Assembly: GCA_951406725.2 (NCBI GenBank)
Contig: OX597836.1
Location: forward strand, 28,086,001-28,150,000
DNA: 64,000 nt
Direction: 5' to 3'
Origin: Octopus vulgaris
Taxonomy: Eukaryota
Positions within the stretch are counted from its first letter, which is position 1; each line of letters begins with the position of its first letter. The notes beneath the pieces were generated by a model that was given only the letters and a program-made list of their open reading frames with translations, had not been told where the DNA came from and did no database searches. Below are positions 27,490 through 41,210 of the stretch, piece by piece. Both the position numbers and the translations under genes were made by a program.

Positions 27490-27770
27490 CGTTATTGTTA
27501 TTGCTCTTCTTGTTGTTGTTCTTGTTATTTTTAGTCTTAGTAATAATATTATTATGACATTAACTCATTGGTGTGTAATTAATTTCTGTAATTGCTTATG
27601 CAATTATGCAATATTTCGAATTGTTTACTTGTCTTACTGTCCTTGCTTTTGGAAACATTGCGTATAATCGGGAAGAGGAAGCAGGAGCAGGACGAGCAGG
27701 GAGGGAGGAGCAGGAGGAGGAGGAGGAGGAGAAGAGGCAGGAGGAAGAGGACGACGACGATCATCACCAC

Positions 27771-27811
<41 letters not shown>

Positions 27812-28394
27812 CGACGACGACGACGACGATGATGGTGGTGGTGGTGGTGGTGGTGGTGGTGGTGATGGTGATGGTGATGATGATGACGACGATGACTACG
27901 ATGAGGAGGAGGAGGTGGAGGAGGAGGTGGAGGAGGAGGGGAAGGAGGGGGAGCTGCAGTGGGTGTTGGCTGGTTACCAGGAGAAAGAAACCTGTTACGA
28001 ATTACAAATTTAGCACCAGGCATGAAATGAGAAAAGTTCCTTTCTACAAACAGTTATCTCTCTTCCTCCTTCTCTCCCTCTCTCCTCTCTCCCTTTCTCT
28101 CTCTTCCTTTCTTTCTCTATCCCTTTCTCTCCCTCTCCCTTTCTCTCTCTCTCTCTCTTTCCATTTCCCTATTTTACTCAATTTCTCAACATCTGTATCT
28201 ATAAAAGGCATGATGTGTGTGTGTGTGTACGTGATTGCAATTTATGCCCGTCCACAAATTAGCACGCATGTCGCTCCAATTTTAGGAGGACATTCGTCAA
28301 CATCCTACCTGGGTTTTGTCAACTTATATTTTTCCCGAGGCACCTGCGGATAGCGGTAAAAATCTATTTTCAGCCATAGCTTTTACCAATTATA

Positions 28395-28779
28395 TCTCTC
28401 TATATATAAACGGCAGTTTGTCTGTGCGTGTTTCTGTGTGTCTGTTTGCTTGTACCCTCACCCTGACCACGGCTTTCAACCGATTCTGATGAAACTTGAC
28501 ACACACATAGCCCAATGTCATAATTCAAAACTAACGCAGCGAAAATTTTGAAAAGTTCCCCCAGTTCTGAAAAAAAATCGATAAATTCGACATGGGGTCG
28601 AGAATCAGAAACACAAACCGCAGACTGTCTAGGGGACGCAACTCCACCTTTTTTTACTCTCAAAAAAGATTTACCATCATTTTTTTCCATTTTTTTTCTA
28701 TTTTTTGGCTATAACTCTCTAAAAATGCTTTATAGTTATTTCCCTTACAAACCTGAGCAACGCCGGGCGATACTGCTAG
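28395..28779 (+). mobile_element. Non-autonomous Helitron
   Basis: A|TCtctctatatataaac...gagcaacgccgggcgatactgCTAG|T; subterminal GC hairpin; no TSD. Confidence 0.82.
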
Positions 28780-28867
<88 letters not shown>

Positions 28868-29123
28868 GGTAAGTCAATTACATTCATCTCAATACTGGTG
28901 AAAATTTTAGTGAAACTGAAAGAAAGAAAGAAAGGCAACGTCGAACTAAGCGGAATTAGAACGTAAAACAATGACAGACAAAATACTGCTAGGTATTTTA
29001 TCTAACATAAGGATAATAATGACTGTTAGCACGCCGGGCGAAATGCTTAGCGGTATTTCGTCTGCCGTTACGTTCTGAGTTCAAATTCCGCCGAGGTCGA
29101 CTATATATATCACACACACACAC

Positions 29124-29227
<104 letters not shown>

Positions 29228-29564
29228 ATGCATATGTATATATATATACATACATCATGTGTGTGTGTGTGTGATAGTGGTGGTGAAGGTGGTGCAGGGG
29301 TTGAACGACATTACCATTTATCTTCATAAAAATTGTTTAAATAAATTTCGTTTTCTTTTATGGAATCTAACAGATGTGAAACGGAACTTTGACGCATGTG
29401 CGCGCGTGTGTGTGTGTGTATGCGTGTGCACGTGTGTGTATGTGTGTGCACGTGTATGTATGTGTGTGCACGTGAGTGTGCACGTGTGTGTATGTTTGTA
29501 TGTGTGCCTGTGTATCTATCACTGAGTGTACGTGCGTAGAACAGCACGAATATGCATGTACGCA

Positions 29565-29598
<34 letters not shown>

Positions 29599-29830
29599 AT
29601 ACGTAATTGTTTCATATATGTGTGTCAGTCCGTTTCTGAAATATGTGTATGCATGTACGTATATAGATATATTTATGAATATATAAATACATGTACACAC
29701 AGGAACACACACCACACACATACACATGCGCATACACACACACATATACATACACACACACACGCGCGCATACATACATACATACATACATACATACATA
29801 CATACATACATACATACATACATACATACA

Positions 29831-29862
<32 letters not shown>

Positions 29863-30017
29863 AAGTGAGAGTGTGTTTGTATGAAGAATGACAAAATATT
29901 GGAAGACCAAAGGAGAACATTATATATATTGGTGTATATATGTGTATAGGAGTATAAAGTGTGTATATATGTCTGTGAGTTCCATATAACTATGTATATG
30001 TATGCGCATGCGTGCGT

Positions 30018-30072
<55 letters not shown>

Positions 30073-30522
30073 GAGACAGACAGCATCTGACATGCGTGTT
30101 GGACACAGTTTTACGTCAAAAATTTCTTTGCTCTGAACCATTGAAATGTCACGCCTTAATATCTAACATTATTCATATTCGTGGTAGGGCGACAACTTGG
30201 CAGAATCGTTAGAATGCCGTACAAAATTCTTAGTGACATTTTCTCTAGTTTTACGTTCTGATTTCAAATTCCCACGAGCTCGATGTTCTGAGCTCAAATT
30301 CTCACGAGGCCCCAGCTGAGTACTGAAACTCAATGTAATCGACTTCTGAATTCATTTTTGTAATGAATTCAATGCAACAATTAGAATTAAATAATAATGA
30401 ACAGAAACAATTTTATATGGAAAAAGTTGATTGATTGATTGATTGATTGATTGATGGATGGATGGATGGACAGGTAGGTAGGTAGGTAGGTAGGTAGGTA
30501 GGTAGGTAGGTAGGTAGGTAGG

Positions 30523-30626
<104 letters not shown>

Positions 30627-30929
30627 AAACAGAGACAAAGGGACTTAGGGGTCCGATTGCAAATTGAGATGGAAGACAGAGACAAGGGGACTAACGGGTC
30701 CGATTGTAGTTCACTGAAGTCCTCATATAAACAGAGTCTGCTAGAGATAGCTGCCGGATCCCCATTAAATTATTCTCAGAAGGGACATATTACATAATCT
30801 AGTCCTAGGTACTACTAAAAAGGCGAGATTGTCACGGTTGGAGTGCATTTGATCAAAGATCTGCTACCTCGCTTAGTGTTGACCTGTGGTCAGTGACGCA
30901 GTTAGAAGGCCAGCTCTTAAGTTTGTCCT

Positions 30930-31385
30930 GCCCACCCCCACCAGAAGCATCTACAATAATACTACGTATTCCATCTCTGCTCCCGCCCATGCTGCCGCAC
31001 TTACCCATACCTCTCCAACACCACCCGCCTCACCGGCACCCATCATCGACCCTATCATATCACCGACTCCTTCACTGCACTTTTACCAATGTCATCTACT
31101 GCATCTACTGTATCTCCTGATCTCCCTCTCTGCCCTTCTCTATACATGAGGCAAATGGGACGCCGCTTGGCTGACCGGTTCGCGGAACTCCTCCGAGACA
31201 TCCGACTCGGCAATAACACCCCAGTCTCGCGCCATTTCCTCTATACCGCCATTACCGGTCACTCTTTGTAACACCTGTCTGTGTTCGGATTGTCCTTGCA
31301 CAGGGGCCATCCGGACTCCCGTTTGTGCCGTGAAGATGGATTAATCTTCTCTCTTCAATCCTTTGCGTCACATGGGCTCAACTCT
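30930..31385 (+). mobile_element. Penelope-like element GIY-YIG endonuclease fragment
   Basis: TNVIYCIYC...CPSLYMRQMGRRLADRFAE..DIR..PVSRHF..GHS..VFGL..R..E..LIFSL...HGLN. Confidence 0.8.
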
Positions 31386-31909
31386 TCTCACCTCTCCTCT
31401 CTCCCTTTCACACCTACTTCCTCCATCCACCTCTCCTTTCTTGCTCCGACTCCAAATCTTCTCTTCAGTCCTACTCTCCTTCTCTCTTCTCGTCACTCCT
31501 ACCCACCTTTTCCCTTCCCCTCTCCCTTCATCGTCACCCTTCCGCGTAACCCACCCCTACACACTCCAACCCCACCTTGCCTATCCATCCCATTCCACTC
31601 CCACCCCATCCCTTACACCCAGTATCACACCCCACCCTTGCTTTCCCCACTCTCGCCTCCCTTGCATATGGGTTTAACAACGATAGCAGCAACAGTAGCA
31701 ACAGCGACAGAGCAACGACCGGGGGCTAAATATGAACAGTTGCGATATCCTGATCATTAACCCCATCATCATCAGCATCAGCATCGCTATCATCGTCACC
31801 GAAGTCATTATTATCACCAGCATCAGCACCGCTATTATCATCATCGTCCTCATCGTCATCATCATCATCCTCACCACCACCACCATTATCATCATCTTCA
31901 TCATCATTA

Positions 31910-32303
31910 CCTATTTCTTTACTACCCACAAGGGGCTAAACACAGAGAGGACAAACAAGGACAGACAACGGATTAAGTCGATTATATCGACCTCAGTGCG
32001 TAACTGGTACTTAATTTATCGAAAGGATGAAAGGCAAAGTCGGCCTCGGCGGAATTTGAACTCTGAACATTACGGCAGACGAAATACGTATTTCTTTATT
32101 ACCCACAAGGGGCTAAACATAGAGGGGACAAACAAGGACAGACATAGGTATTAAGTCGATTATATCGACCCCAGTGCGTAACTGGTACTTAATTTATCGA
32201 CCCCGAAAGGATCAAAGGCAAAGTCGGCCTCGGCGGAATTTGAACTTTGAACGTTCTACGTATTTCGCCCGGCGTGCTAACGGTTCTGCCAGCTTGCCGC
32301 CTT
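31910..32303 (-). mobile_element. Tandem family D SINE units
   Basis: Two ~180-bp units plus head (gccagcttgccgcc) in reverse orientation. Confidence 0.85.
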
Positions 32304-32699
32304 AATCATCATCATTACCATCGTCCTCAACAACAGCAGCATCCCGACCATCATCATCGTCATCACAATCTTCATTATCTTTATCAGCTGCAACAACAAC
32401 TACAACAACGGCGACGACGATATCGCAACAACAATAACAAGAGTGATGAACCAACAAGTAAGTCCTTATGTGATCCCACAATCCCTCGTAAACAGTAAAT
32501 TCTCTCTCAGAGAGCTGGAAAAGGAAAGCACGTTGGCTGAGTCACGATGATGGCCACAGAATGAGGCCGAACCCCAGATAAAGCAATAACATGAAGTGCC
32601 TACATTCAAACAAAACCACGGAAATAGTTTCATAAGGAAAAAAAAAGGGCGATTATCTTTCCTAGATTAAATTTACTTCCCTTAAGCGACACTAGAGTC

Positions 32700-33100
32700 G
32701 TCTCCCTTGCATTCAGTTCCCACTTTCGTTGCGTTAAATGTAGGATTATCGATTTATTCCCAGATCAGCAGATCTTGTTGTAGACGTTGCAGTGGTGATC
32801 GCCATCATCTAGGGAGTAGATTGGATCTGGCTCTCTGCTGGACTCTTTTCTCCTTCGGGGTGTTGATCCTGGCTGTCTCAAAATCGGCGATGTCTTGTTA
32901 ACAAGAGATTCTTCTCTAAGCTGCTCTATTTCGTCCTGCCGAATCCCATGTCTTCAGGTTTACAAGCAGGTCCTTAAAGTGTTCTTATATAGGAGTAGTG
33001 GGCAGCCTTGGTGCCTAGATCCAGAGTTTTGCTGGCCATAGAAGAGGGCTTTCGTAAAGCGAATAACTTCCATGGTTACCACATGGCCAAGCCATCTCAG
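32700..33100 (-). mobile_element. RTE/BovB-like LINE 3' fragment
   Basis: Minus-strand GSRHQGCPLLLYKNTL...WDSAGRNRAA*R plus a degenerate C-terminal Cys motif. Confidence 0.5.
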
Positions 33101-33284
33101 TTGTGCTTTGATTAGGAAACGTTCTGTCCCCTACATAAAGTACAGTTATCTCCTGTAGACCGTATTACTGATACCGCCAGTAAGATACAGTTATCTCCCA
33201 TGGACTTCACAGCCCGAGGCGTGTTTACATACCTCTAGTTATTTCCCTTTGATTGTCGACCCGCCGACTAAAGTGAACTCTACT

Positions 33285-33490
33285 CTTTTACTCTTTTACT
33301 TGTTTCAGGCATTTAACTGCGGCCATGCTGGAGCACCACCTTTAGTCCAGCAACTCGACCCCGGGACTTATTCTTTGTAAGCCCAGTACTTATTCTATCG
33401 GTATCTTTTGCCGAACCGCTAAGTGACGGCGATGTAAACACACCAGCATCGGTTGTCTAGCAATGCTAGGGGGACAAACACAACACACAA

Positions 33491-33532
<42 letters not shown>

Positions 33533-33640
33533 GTAGCCTGGGGCTATAGTAAAAGACACTTGCCCAAGATGCCACGCAGTGGGACTGAACCCGGAACCAT
33601 ATGGTTGGTTAGCAAGCTACTTACCACACAGCCACTCCTG
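33285..33640 (-). mobile_element. SINE family A (internally deleted)
   Basis: Reverse-complement homology. Confidence 0.85.
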
Positions 33641-33995
33641 TTTCAGTTTGCCAACATTGTTCAGATATTTATTTCTTTATTGCCCACAGGGGGCTAAACA
33701 TAGAAGGGCCAAACAAGGACAAGCAAAGGGATTAAGTCAATTACATCGACCACAGTGTGTAACTGGCACTTATTTAAATCGACCCCGAAAGGATGAAAGG
33801 CAAAGTCGACCCCGGAAGGAAGTGTTCTTCGCCGTTGAAAATCAACAGCGATCAATGTATTCACGTAAGAAAGTATTCAGAATTAATACAAACGCAACGG
33901 TTCGGATTCTCGCTAATCTGCGTGCACCTCATGAATTACCAGTTCTTGTTAATCTTATCTCTACAGATTTTCTATCGAAATTATAACCAGCACTG

Positions 33996-34415
33996 GGATC
34001 CTTTCGGTTTGAACGGCAGTTTTTAACATAATTTCTAGGTAACTAAAAAATTTTAAACTTCGTATACTGGTAGAATGTGTTTGTAAAACATCTTTTTTCT
34101 CTTGGCTTTCTTGAGAAAATTTTATAGTTTGTAAGATATTTGTTGTTTTTTTTCTTCAATTTCTGCAATTTCAACCAATCAGTGACGTCTCTTGAGTTAA
34201 AAAGCATTCTGTGCCGTATGAATATGTCCCTCGTTTAAGAAACAGATTGGGTTTATTAACATTTCTGAAGAAAAAAAGATACCCTCCTCCCCCCCTAACC
34301 TAACCCTAGCCCTAAAAGAGATTGAAATGCAATAGATCGATTCTAGGGTCATAATTATGGGTGACAATTTCATATGACACCGCTAGAAAAACTGCCGTTC
34401 AAACCGAAAAGATCC
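33996..34415. mobile_element. MITE with GG-starting TIRs and 8-bp TSD (Merlin-like)
   Basis: TIRs ggatcctttcggtttgaacggcagttttt / aaaaactgccgttcaaaccgaaaagatcc; TSD cagcactg at 33988-33995 and 34416-34423. Confidence 0.85.
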
Positions 34416-34539
34416 CAGCACTGATTTTGTTACGTTTCATATCCGAGGCGCCTGATGTAAGCAATAATGAGATTGAAGGTGAAAAATGGGCGATGGGTAC
34501 ATCGGCTTATAAAAACGTTTAACATACTCTGTAGTATAC

Positions 34540-34895
34540 TGCGGCCATGCTGGAGCACCGCATTTAATCGAACAAATCGTCCCCAGGATTTATGCTTTGT
34601 AAGCGTAGTACTTATTCTAGCGGTCTCTTTTGCCGAATCGCTAAGTTACGGGGACGTAAACACGCCAACATCGGTTGTCAAGCGATGGTAGAAGAAACAC
34701 ACACACACACACACACACACATACATATATACGACGGGCTTCTTTCAGTTTCCGCCTACCAAATCCACTCATAAGGCTTTGATCGACCCAAGGCTATAGT
34801 AGAAGACACTTGCCCAAGGTGTCACACAGTGGGACTGAACCTAGAGCAATGTGGCTGGTAAGCTAGCTACTTACCCCACAGCCACTCCTGCGCCT
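34540..34895 (-). mobile_element. SINE family A
   Basis: Reverse-complement homology including head cagccactcctgcgccta. Confidence 0.85.
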
Positions 34896-35519
34896 ATATA
34901 TGTGTAGTAAAAGCAGTTTGTTTGGCAGCTTGTAGCTAATGAAAACTAAACTAATTTAAAATAAGTTCTCTCACAGGCTGAAAATATTTCTGCCACAATC
35001 ATTCTAAGTTTTAGCCAGAATTATTCGAAATGATATTTCGGAACGCGTCTAGAAACTTCCATGGCGAGTTATAAAAGCCTGGATTTTTTTTTTTTTTTCG
35101 ATTTTAGTTAGTTGATAGTGTACCTTCTGGAAGCTATGTGACGCAAACTCACAAACTCACCTTGTTGTATTTTGACGTTCTTGCAGTAACGATATAAGAC
35201 TTCTCGATAATGACAACCAGATTGCCATCACCCCTTCCTTCCTTTCTTCCTTCCTCATCTATCACCCTTTCCTTTCTCATTCATATGTTGTGATAGAGAA
35301 AACACAAAAGCATTAATTTAGTAGATACACGACACTCTCTTTGCCACTTCCTCTCTCTCATTGCTGTTTCTTTCTCTCACTCCCTCTCAGTTACGACTAT
35401 TACTCTCACTACTTCTCCTTCACTGAATTACTATTTTCTCTCCTCTCCATTTACACTACCCTTTCTCTTACTCTCTCCTACTGCGTGGTTTTGAACAGAT
35501 ATATATGTATATATACATC

Positions 35520-36045
35520 CAAATAATAATAAAAGGGTAAAATTAATTAATTAATTAATAATTTTACCAAGTAGTCAGTGCGTTAAAAATAACCGTTCTA
35601 GGTAAAATTATACAACTGAATAATTATTTATATTCTATAATTATATACATAATTATAATTAAAGAGTCAGCTAATAGCTTCGCCACGCACTGATTTTAGA
35701 AATAAGAATTCACACGACTCAGATTAGCTACATACGCGTTTCGAGATTAAAGTAAGGTTATATTTAGTTATTTCTCATCTTCAGTGCAGCATTTCGAAAT
35801 ATAAATTTAAGAGTGTTAGGATTAAATATGTACACGATCAAGCATCATCGCATAACCGATATTTAACTATACTCCCAAAAATATACAGCCGAATGTGAAC
35901 ATATATTTATCCTAAATAGTGTGTTTCTGTCTGGGAAATCTTTATGGAAGTAGAAAAGGCATTTAGCTCCTATTTCTAAAATCAGTGCGTGACGAAGCTA
36001 TTAGCTGACCCCTTGATTATAATTATGTATATAATTATAGAATAT
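35520..36045 (-). mobile_element. Fold-back element: 75-bp inverted arms enclosing a hammerhead ribozyme
   Basis: Arms 35630-35704 and 35971-36045; structured head at 35533-35610; hammerhead at 35727-35790. Confidence 0.75.
35727..35790 (-). ncRNA. Type I hammerhead ribozyme (intact core)
   Basis: Minus strand GCUGCA-CUGAAGA-U-GAGA...UCUC-GAA-ACGCGU-A-UGUAGC: 6-bp stem I, 4-bp stem II, palindromic stem III, GUA triplet. Confidence 0.85.
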
Positions 36046-36364
36046 TTGTATATATACGAATATATAAAAACACTGCGCTCATTATTATATTAGGAGATAT
36101 ATCTATGAAATAAAAAGGGAATCGATTGAAACTATCTTTGAAAGTGATTTTTTCTACACTTCTACCCCAAAATATATTTGACTGTTCTTGTCATCCTGCC
36201 AACAGCAAATTGCAAAAAGAAAATTCTTTAATTGGAAGACACAGACACATCACACACGACATATTTAGTCAACTCATTTAGATCGTATTCGAAGGATACA
36301 TCCTAGAACCACTGAATCTATACAAAGACAACAAAATGGAAGTCGAGCTACAACAAAATATGTA

Positions 36365-36487
36365 TGTCATTATTCAGTTTTATTTCAAGATTTCATCCCA
36401 ATAGAGAAAGAGCCGGTTTCTAAGCTAGATCCAAGGCTCTTTCATTGGAATCTCAACACCAACAACAGGGTATTTTTGTATGTATGC

Positions 36488-36520
<33 letters not shown>

Positions 36521-36563
36521 TGTATGTATGTATGTATGTATGTATGTATGTATGTATGTATGT

Positions 36564-36595
<32 letters not shown>

Positions 36596-36735
36596 GTGCA
36601 GATTTGTATGTTTTGTTTTATGTATGTATTCTCATGCATATAGTTGCATGTCTAGACATGCTCATATACGTTTAAATGATAAACTTCAGGAAAGTTTTAC
36701 AGATCTTTACAATTCCGGTGATGGCTTGGATCCGT
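36365..36735 (-). mobile_element. R4/Dong-like LINE 3' end with internal (ATAC)n
   Basis: Minus-strand RIQAITGIVKICKTFLKFII* followed by UTR, (ATAC)n and the terminal module. Confidence 0.78.
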
Positions 36736-37688
36736 ATGTATGTTGTATGTATGTATGTATGTATGTATGCATATGTATGAATGTGCGTGAGTGTGCGTGT
36801 GTGTGCGTGTGTGTGTGTGTATGTGTGTGCGCGTGTGTGTGCGTACGTGTGTGTATGTGTGTGTATGTGTGTCTTTGTGTCTGTTCGTCCCCCACCAATG
36901 CTTGACAACCTCATAACTTAGCAGCGAGGAAAAAGTGACGATACAATAAGTACGAGGCATAAAAGAAAAAAAGTTCTGAGGTCGATTCCTTCGACTAAAA
37001 ATTGCTTCGAGGCGGTACCCCAGCATGGCCGCAGTCTAATGTCTGGAACAAGTAAAAAACGAAATATCAATCGGTCTAAGGTTCAGTCAAATGACTGAAA
37101 CAAATAAAAGAATTAAAAAAATAAAAGAATATCTGTCTCAGCTGACAAAAATGAATTCTAGATGTAATTCATAGGGGTCTACCTTCGCACGTTCTGTGGG
37201 ACGCTGAATCTCGCTGAGAACTACGCTACGGCTGCATGTGTCAGTGGAGTACTCAGCCACTTGCACGATAATTTTACAAACAGGTTGTTCTGTTGATCGG
37301 GCTAAGTGGAACCCGCATCGAAGTCGTTGTAACTGACGGGTCGTTTGAGCCGAGAACGTTTAAAAGCAAAACTTGACCTTCATGACCTCGAACAAACAAA
37401 CACGTTTTCTCCGACGCTCTACTGAAACTGCCAACCCGACCAAACTCCAGCCAACGATGACTAATACGAAGATGCGTGAAAGGGTTAAAGACTTTCTGAA
37501 AATCGCAGCTAATTCACTCTTAGGTGCCCCACCCGGTTTTATTATCGTTGCATTAAAAAGATTGGAGTGGGTTACGTGAGTGAGTGTGGAGGAGGGTGTT
37601 TGTGAGGTGGGGGTTGTGTGTGTTTGAGTGTGTGTATGTGTATATGTTTATGTGTGTGTGTGCATGTGTTTGTGTGTGAATGAGTACG

Positions 37689-37725
<37 letters not shown>

Positions 37726-37900
37726 TTGCGTGTATCTTTATGTGTGTGTATATGTGCGCATGTTTGTGTGTGAATGTGTGCGCTTTTGTGTGTTGTGTGT
37801 GTGTGTGTGTGTGTGGATTTGCATGAATCTTTATGTATGTGTATACGTGTATGTGTGTATGTGTATATGTGTGCATGTGTTTGTGTGTGAATGTGTGCGC

Positions 37901-37943
<43 letters not shown>

Positions 37944-38253
37944 CTTGTGTGCGTGTCTGCGTGTGTTGTGTGTGTGTGCATGTGTTTGTGTGTGAATGTG
38001 TGCGCTTCTGTGTGTGTGTGTGTGTGTGTGTTGTTTGAGTGCGTATATGCTTGTGTGCGTGTCTGCGTGTGTTGTGTGTGTATGTTTGTATGTGTGTGTG
38101 TGCGCGCGTATGTTTAGGCACGCGTATGTCTAGGCACACAAACACGTCTCAAAGAAAACACATTAATAACCTCCTCCCCCTCGCCCCCCCTCTTTCCCTG
38201 TTTCTTAAATGATACAAAATGCAGAAAACAGGAACACATTTACCTATCTAGCG

Positions 38254-38300
<47 letters not shown>

Positions 38301-38339
38301 AATTCACATATGCACCCGTACAGGTCATTCACATAAGGG

Positions 38340-38342
38340 AGG

Positions 38343-38415
<73 letters not shown>

Positions 38416-38449
38416 GAGGAAGGAAGGAAGGAAGGAAGGAAGGAAGGAA

Positions 38450-38523
<74 letters not shown>

Positions 38524-38524
38524 C

Positions 38525-38615
<91 letters not shown>
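38340..38615. repeat. Polypurine (GA)n/(GAAA)n/(GGAA)n tract
   Basis: Visible array. Confidence 0.95.
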
Positions 38616-38894
38616 GACGCAGTTAACTTAGTTGAGTAGAAATATAAGTTCCGAACAAACAACAACGAAAGAGGTAGCAACAGCAGCAGCAGCGACAACG
38701 ACGACGACGACGACAAATGAAGCAAATACGAGGACACGAACAACAACGAGAATATCAGAAATAAATAAATAGATTGACACTATCATAATCATTATCATAA
38801 TCATCATCATCCCCATTATCACCATCACCATCACCATCACCATCACCATCATCATCACCATCATCTTCATCATCACCATCATCATGACCATCAC

Positions 38895-38930
<36 letters not shown>

Positions 38931-39477
38931 ATGTGTTGTATTTCTGTGACCACGTGATGGGTCTTTTTGTTTTTGTTTTTGTGGATAAAGTTGTTTTTTT
39001 TTTGTTTTGGTGAGGGTGAAATTCTCTATGGTAATTTCATTAACTAACCGTTTCTAATTTATATTTATTTAGTTTTGTTTCATATTCCATATTGCAATAT
39101 TTTCCAATGCCTCCTTGTTTCCAATGCATGACCAACCGACGAGAAAGTGATGTAGTTGTGTGTCTTATATGACAGTCTGAGTCGTGAAGTTTACAACGTT
39201 TCACATTTACTCTGGGTTTTTTTGTGTTACCTGGGCTGTCTTCTTAAGATTGGCGAAACCACTCTTGAGAAGCTAAACCAGAGACAGCTAATTACGAAAT
39301 TATAATAACAAAATATAAAATAATACTATGCAGAGACAGAGAATAGTCCAAATATTTAACCTGTATAAAGTACAGGCTCAGACTTGTAGATTTACATTCA
39401 TAGGTTTGTGTCTTTGTACACAGGCCAAAGCATAGCGATCCACATATGAAATGACACGAACACATACATAAGTATAT

Positions 39478-40456
39478 TGTTACGGGGGGACCACCGTCGA
39501 ACGAAAGCTGTTACGGAATCCCTCACACAGGCCCGATCGATCAGTAATGTTCGCCACGGAAACTCGGAGAGGAGAGAGAGAGACAACAACCACAACAACA
39601 GCCGCAAGAGACTCAGAGATACAGCGGAAGGCAATTGGCTACGTTTAACAACTAGTTTATATGACTATTACAATTGTTACAACATCAATTACATATCAGA
39701 TACATCAAATGCAATAACAACAGTATTTAAAGAGTACACGTCGAATTAAACAACAAATCAATACATCATACAGTCCGGAGACAACAGTTCTGTTTCAAAT
39801 CACATTAACGTTACAGTTCAAAGGACATTAAAGGCATATACAGTTCAATGTTCATTTAATTCTTTTCAACAACTCTGTACACAATGTCTTTACACAGTTC
39901 TCTTTAGCCTTTTCTTTATAACCATCAACAACATAAACAATGTTCTTTTTACTGTCTCATTTCTTTTACATTTCAATACATCGATTCTTTTTCCTTCTTT
40001 TTCTTCACATATCAATACAACAATTCACGTACCGTAGTTCCTCTCTATCAGCCGCCTAATCCTCCGTATATCTCTCTATCTCTGTCACAGCAGAACAAGC
40101 CAACTGCTAAAATCCAAACTGCCGACTGCCAAATCCAACTTGCTAACCGCTTGCCCTGAATTCCAAAATGCCAACCGTTCGCCCTGACTCCCAAATACCG
40201 ACTGCCAAATCCAACTTGCTCTGTCCTCGACTGCCTTGTCACTACCCCAATCTCTCTCTGCTCGAACTGACTTACAGACTCACAGCTCCTTTTTATAAGG
40301 TAGTTTCTCTGTCCCTTTCTTGACCGGCAAGAGGGTAGGGGTCCTTCCAAAAGCCATCACTCTTCCGTGAACAAAGGACTATAACTTTGTATTCTAGACT
40401 TTCAGTCTCCAAGCCAGCAAAGTAGGTCATAGAAGTGTCCCTGACCATTCACAACA
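39478..40456 (-). mobile_element. Solo LTR with 4-bp TSD
   Basis: Termini TGTT...AACA, flanked by ATAT on both sides (39474-39477, 40457-40460); minus-strand TATAAAA near 40290-40297; short internal repeats 40105-40220. Confidence 0.8.
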
Positions 40457-40473
40457 ATATCAATATATACATG

Positions 40474-40519
<46 letters not shown>

Positions 40520-40599
40520 CACATACACACATTCATACGTTACAGAGTCAAATAGATACATGCACACGTGCATCCATACATACATCTGAAGGCCATTTT

Positions 40600-41210
40600 C
40601 TGGTGGTATTGGAATAGGAAGATCATCATCGTTGTGTGGTACTGGTCTTCTTGCTGATTCCAAGTTGGGATACGCAATCTTATGCTTGGTCTTTAGTCCA
40701 GGCTCTCTCCATATCATAGGTATATTACAAACGGCATTGCTCTCTTCCTCTTATTTAGCCAATCCCTTAGTCCATTTGAACAAGCTGAGCAGATGATGTG
40801 CAGGGCCCAACTCTTTTCTTGATCCCCGAGAGAGCAGCCAAAGTATAACTTGTAGATCTTCTTGATTTCACTTGTGATGGCACATTGCTGAGCTTTGGTG
40901 GTAAATGAACCACAGACATGACAAAATATATCAGGACTGTTCTGGCAATACCTTGACATCCTGAGTAGAATTTGATGATGATGATGATGATGATGATGAC
41001 TTGGCACCTTAAACAGAAAGTAAAATTTATGAAAAGAAAATATTATGAAAACATAAAATTACAAAATGAATACAAATAGTTATAAAACAGAAGTCAGAAT
41101 TTACCTGTATAAGACGTTTAGTGTGCCTGACAGAAGGAAACCGATTACATTTTTGAAATCTGCGGACAAAACTACATATAAAACACCATATAATATCCCT
41201 GATAGAAATT
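40600..41210 (-). mobile_element. Chapaev3-like (CMC) DNA transposon 5' fragment
   Basis: MSRYCQNSPDIFCHVCG...YFG..LGDQEKSWALHIICSAC...MPF./PMIWREP...YPNLESARRPVPH; frameshift near 40717 and an apparent internal deletion. Family assignment is from recalled motifs. Confidence 0.7.

Noticed and set aside
27592-28353. 253-aa ORF
   Set aside because: Made of GAG/GAT/GGT triplet repeats and CT tracts.
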